Origin: an uncultured delta proteobacterium
Lineage (GTDB): Bacteria; Desulfobacterota; Binatia; UBA9968
Assembly (NCBI GenBank): GCA_963745835.1
Contig: CAVUZH010000003.1
Coordinates: forward strand, 224,001-288,000
Direction: 5' to 3'
DNA: 64,000 nt
Both the position numbers and the translations under genes were made by a program. Below are positions 61,804 through 64,000 of the stretch, piece after piece; positions within the stretch are counted from its first letter, which is position 1; each line of letters starts with the position of its first letter. The notes beneath the pieces are model-generated. The model did not search any database, had not been told where the DNA came from, and was given only the letters and a program-made list of their open reading frames with translations.

Positions 61804-62736
61804 TTAGTATCCGGTTTCTGCCAATTGATGATAGAACAGTTTGAGAAACTGCCGCAGCCGTTCGGGACGTTTGTAATGCGCAAACTCCTGGGGAACCTTG
61901 AATTCCTTTTCGATCTGCTCGACGGTTCCGCCTGCCTGCGCCATTTTAGCGACTTCGTCTCTCATGACGACAAAATAGCGTCTCTGCTCTTCAAGATCTT
62001 TAATACCGCGCCCGATATGAACTGGTCCGTGACCTGGAATGTAGGTCTCGACGGCGAGACTGCGCGCCATGATGTTGTCCAGGACTTTAATCCAGCCGCC
62101 CACGTTGGAGAAAAATACTCCGGCAGACTCGCCTTGGCCGGGATGAATCTCGGTATCGAGCAGGTCGCCCATTAGCATCACGCGTTTTTGCGGAATGTAG
62201 ACTGTTAAGTCGCCGGTGCTGTGGGCGCGGGCTTCCGGCGTTATTTGAAACGTGAGGCCGCCGAAGTAAAGCGTCATCGGGCCGTCGATCGCAATCGTCG
62301 GCGTGAGCGGCTCTCCTTTTTGGTAAGCCGCGGAGCGCGGGTCTTTGGAATTTCTGCGCTCGATAAATTCTTCGCGCTCCTGCATTTGCAAATCGTGCGC
62401 TTGGTTTTTCGTCGCGATCCAGACTGGCGCGTCTTCGCGGAAATGCCAGGCGCCTGACGCATGGTCACCGGCGCTGTGCGAAGTGATCAGATATTTAATT
62501 TTTTTGTCGGTGCTCTTGCGGATAAATTCAAGGGTTTGATCGGCGTTTTCGATGTGAAAGTCTAAGACTAAAACGCCCTCATCCGTGATCACCACCGTTG
62601 AATTGCCGGATCCTTGAGAATGCTCCAGCATGTAAATGCCATCGGTGACCTTGACCGGAGTCATTTTTACCGGCGCCGCGGCTCCAGTCGTAAACAGCCA
62701 AGTCACTGCCAGCGTCGCCAAGAGTTTTCCATTCAT
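61804..62736 (-). CDS. Secreted MBL-fold metallo-hydrolase (cyclase-like)
   Basis: Signal peptide; SHSAGDH, AHSTGD, GDL, IPGHG. Confidence 0.85.
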   Translation of the reverse strand: MNGKLLATLAVTWLFTTGAAAPVKMTPVKVTDGIYMLEHSQGSGNSTVVITDEGVLVLDFHIENADQTLEFIRKSTDKKIKYLITSHSAGDHASGAWHFREDAPVWIATKNQAHDLQMQEREEFIERRNSKDPRSAAYQKGEPLTPTIAIDGPMTLYFGGLTFQITPEARAHSTGDLTVYIPQKRVMLMGDLLDTEIHPGQGESAGVFFSNVGGWIKVLDNIMARSLAVETYIPGHGPVHIGRGIKDLEEQRRYFVVMRDEVAKMAQAGGTVEQIEKEFKVPQEFAHYKRPERLRQFLKLFYHQLAETGY

Positions 62737-62916
62737 GTTGTATCTCCTCATGAGTTGTCTTGTCCTTGCAAGGTTTTGGCAAGCGAGCCGTGGATCGTGA
62801 TCGTGTCCGTGAAGGCGACCAGCGAGCATTTTCGAACACGAACACGTACCACGAACACGAATTGGAGGCGAGACCAAGGGAACGCACCGAACCATCGAAC
62901 GCATTAAACAGCGCGC

Positions 62917-63801
62917 TTATGTGGCAATTTCTAGCGCCCTCGCCATATCGATTGTCCGGCGCGCGCGTTCAACGATGGGCCGATCAATTAGCTGCCCTCC
63001 CATGGCGATGGAACCATCGCCGCGCGCGTTGGCCTCATCGAAGGCTTTGAGTACTTGCCGTGCATAACTTATTTCTTCCGCGGTTGGACTGAATGTCGTG
63101 TTGATAGCATCAACCTGCGATGGGTGTATGCAGGACATGCCGGAAAAGCCCAACTGGCGCGCTTGCTTGGCAAAGTTTAGGAGACCCTGGCTGTCGTTTA
63201 AGTCGACCCAGACGCCGTCGACCGCCTGCACGTGAGCCGCGGCGGCGGCAACGACGATGGCGGATCGGGCGTAGATGAGGTCGCGCGCTTCGCCTTCGCG
63301 CGAGGTCGGTAATCCTATCTCACGGCCAAAATCTTCGGCGCCGAAAATGAGCCCGCTGATGCGCGGCGAGCTTGCGGCGATTGCCGGCGCATTCAATAAA
63401 CCTTTGGGACTCTCGATGGCGATCAGCAATTTGACGGTGCCCGGTTGCATTCCCAACTGTGGCTCGCGTTGAGTCAGGATTGCATCGACTCTGCGGACTT
63501 CTTCAGGCGTATCCACTTTTGGGCAGACCAGTCCTTCAAGTCCCGGACGCACGACGGCTTCCAGATCGGCGTCCATGCGAGCGTGTCCAATGGCATTGAT
63601 CCGCACATAGCGCGACGGTGTGCCTGGCGCTTTTTCACGGCCCAGAGATTCGGCGATATTTTTGCGCGCGCTATCTTTTTCGTTGGGCGCCACACCGTCT
63701 TCGATGTCGAGCATAATGGCATCGGCATTCAGGCCGAGCGCTTTGTCGATCATTCTTTGCCGGTGCCCTGGCACGAACATCCATGAGCGTATGAGATCCA
63801 T
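62917..63801 (-). CDS. CitE/HpcH-HpaI family CoA ester lyase
   Basis: RSWMFVPG, DIEDGVA, VRIN, IES..G, FGAEDF, IHPSQV, G.LID.P. Confidence 0.9.
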   Translation of the reverse strand: MDLIRSWMFVPGHRQRMIDKALGLNADAIMLDIEDGVAPNEKDSARKNIAESLGREKAPGTPSRYVRINAIGHARMDADLEAVVRPGLEGLVCPKVDTPEEVRRVDAILTQREPQLGMQPGTVKLLIAIESPKGLLNAPAIAASSPRISGLIFGAEDFGREIGLPTSREGEARDLIYARSAIVVAAAAAHVQAVDGVWVDLNDSQGLLNFAKQARQLGFSGMSCIHPSQVDAINTTFSPTAEEISYARQVLKAFDEANARGDGSIAMGGQLIDRPIVERARRTIDMARALEIAT

Positions 63802-64000
63802 TGGCCTTTCTCCTATCGAAGTTCAAATACCTGAAGGGCTTAGAAATGTCTATCGCCTCCGTATGCGCGCCGTGGTTTGCAACCACGATACTTTTAGAGA
63901 ATAAAAGAAAGATGAATTCTCAATCCTCACAATTACAAATCCATCGACGATGAAGGCGAGCACGGTTAAGCTTTTGGTGCCGCTGGTCGCGATCACAATT

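Noticed and set aside
1-64000. tRNA/rRNA genes or an integrase marking an island boundary
   Set aside because: None recognised by eye; a covariance-model search would be needed to exclude small RNAs

Overview
Bacterial, GC-rich window. The gene content (many solute-binding proteins, amidohydrolases, TPP and VOC enzymes, intergenic micro-repeats) suggests a Binatia/Deltaproteobacteria-like soil organism; this is inference. Positions ~0.3-15.4 kb hold part of a type VI secretion system (T6SS): tssE-tssF-tssG-tssH(clpV)-vgrG. A spike/effector-loading cassette follows: DUF6484, TIGR02270, a PKMT-like SAM methyltransferase, DUF2169, a thiolase-fold PRK06147-like protein, a DUF4150 PAAR-like protein fused to a YwqJ-like deaminase toxin, and a putative immunity gene. 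Next come a second, truncated methyltransferase paralogue interrupted by tandem RAYT/Y1 transposase copies and an island of candidate effectors (PGPLG-leader caspase-fold protein, ART-like protein, EreA/ChaN-like secreted protein). A Ser/Thr kinase and a convergent envelope gene run (shared helical domain proteins, Pal, CpoB, CsgG-like, PEGA) end this part. Positions 30-64 kb are ordinary metabolic and transport genes, a vapBC-type TA pair, a HEPN-like gene and several families of intergenic repeats. Many genes carry single-base frameshifts, most densely at 8.6-15.8 kb. These may be long-read errors, so several calls are manual reconstructions across frames. All family assignments are by motif recognition, not database search.
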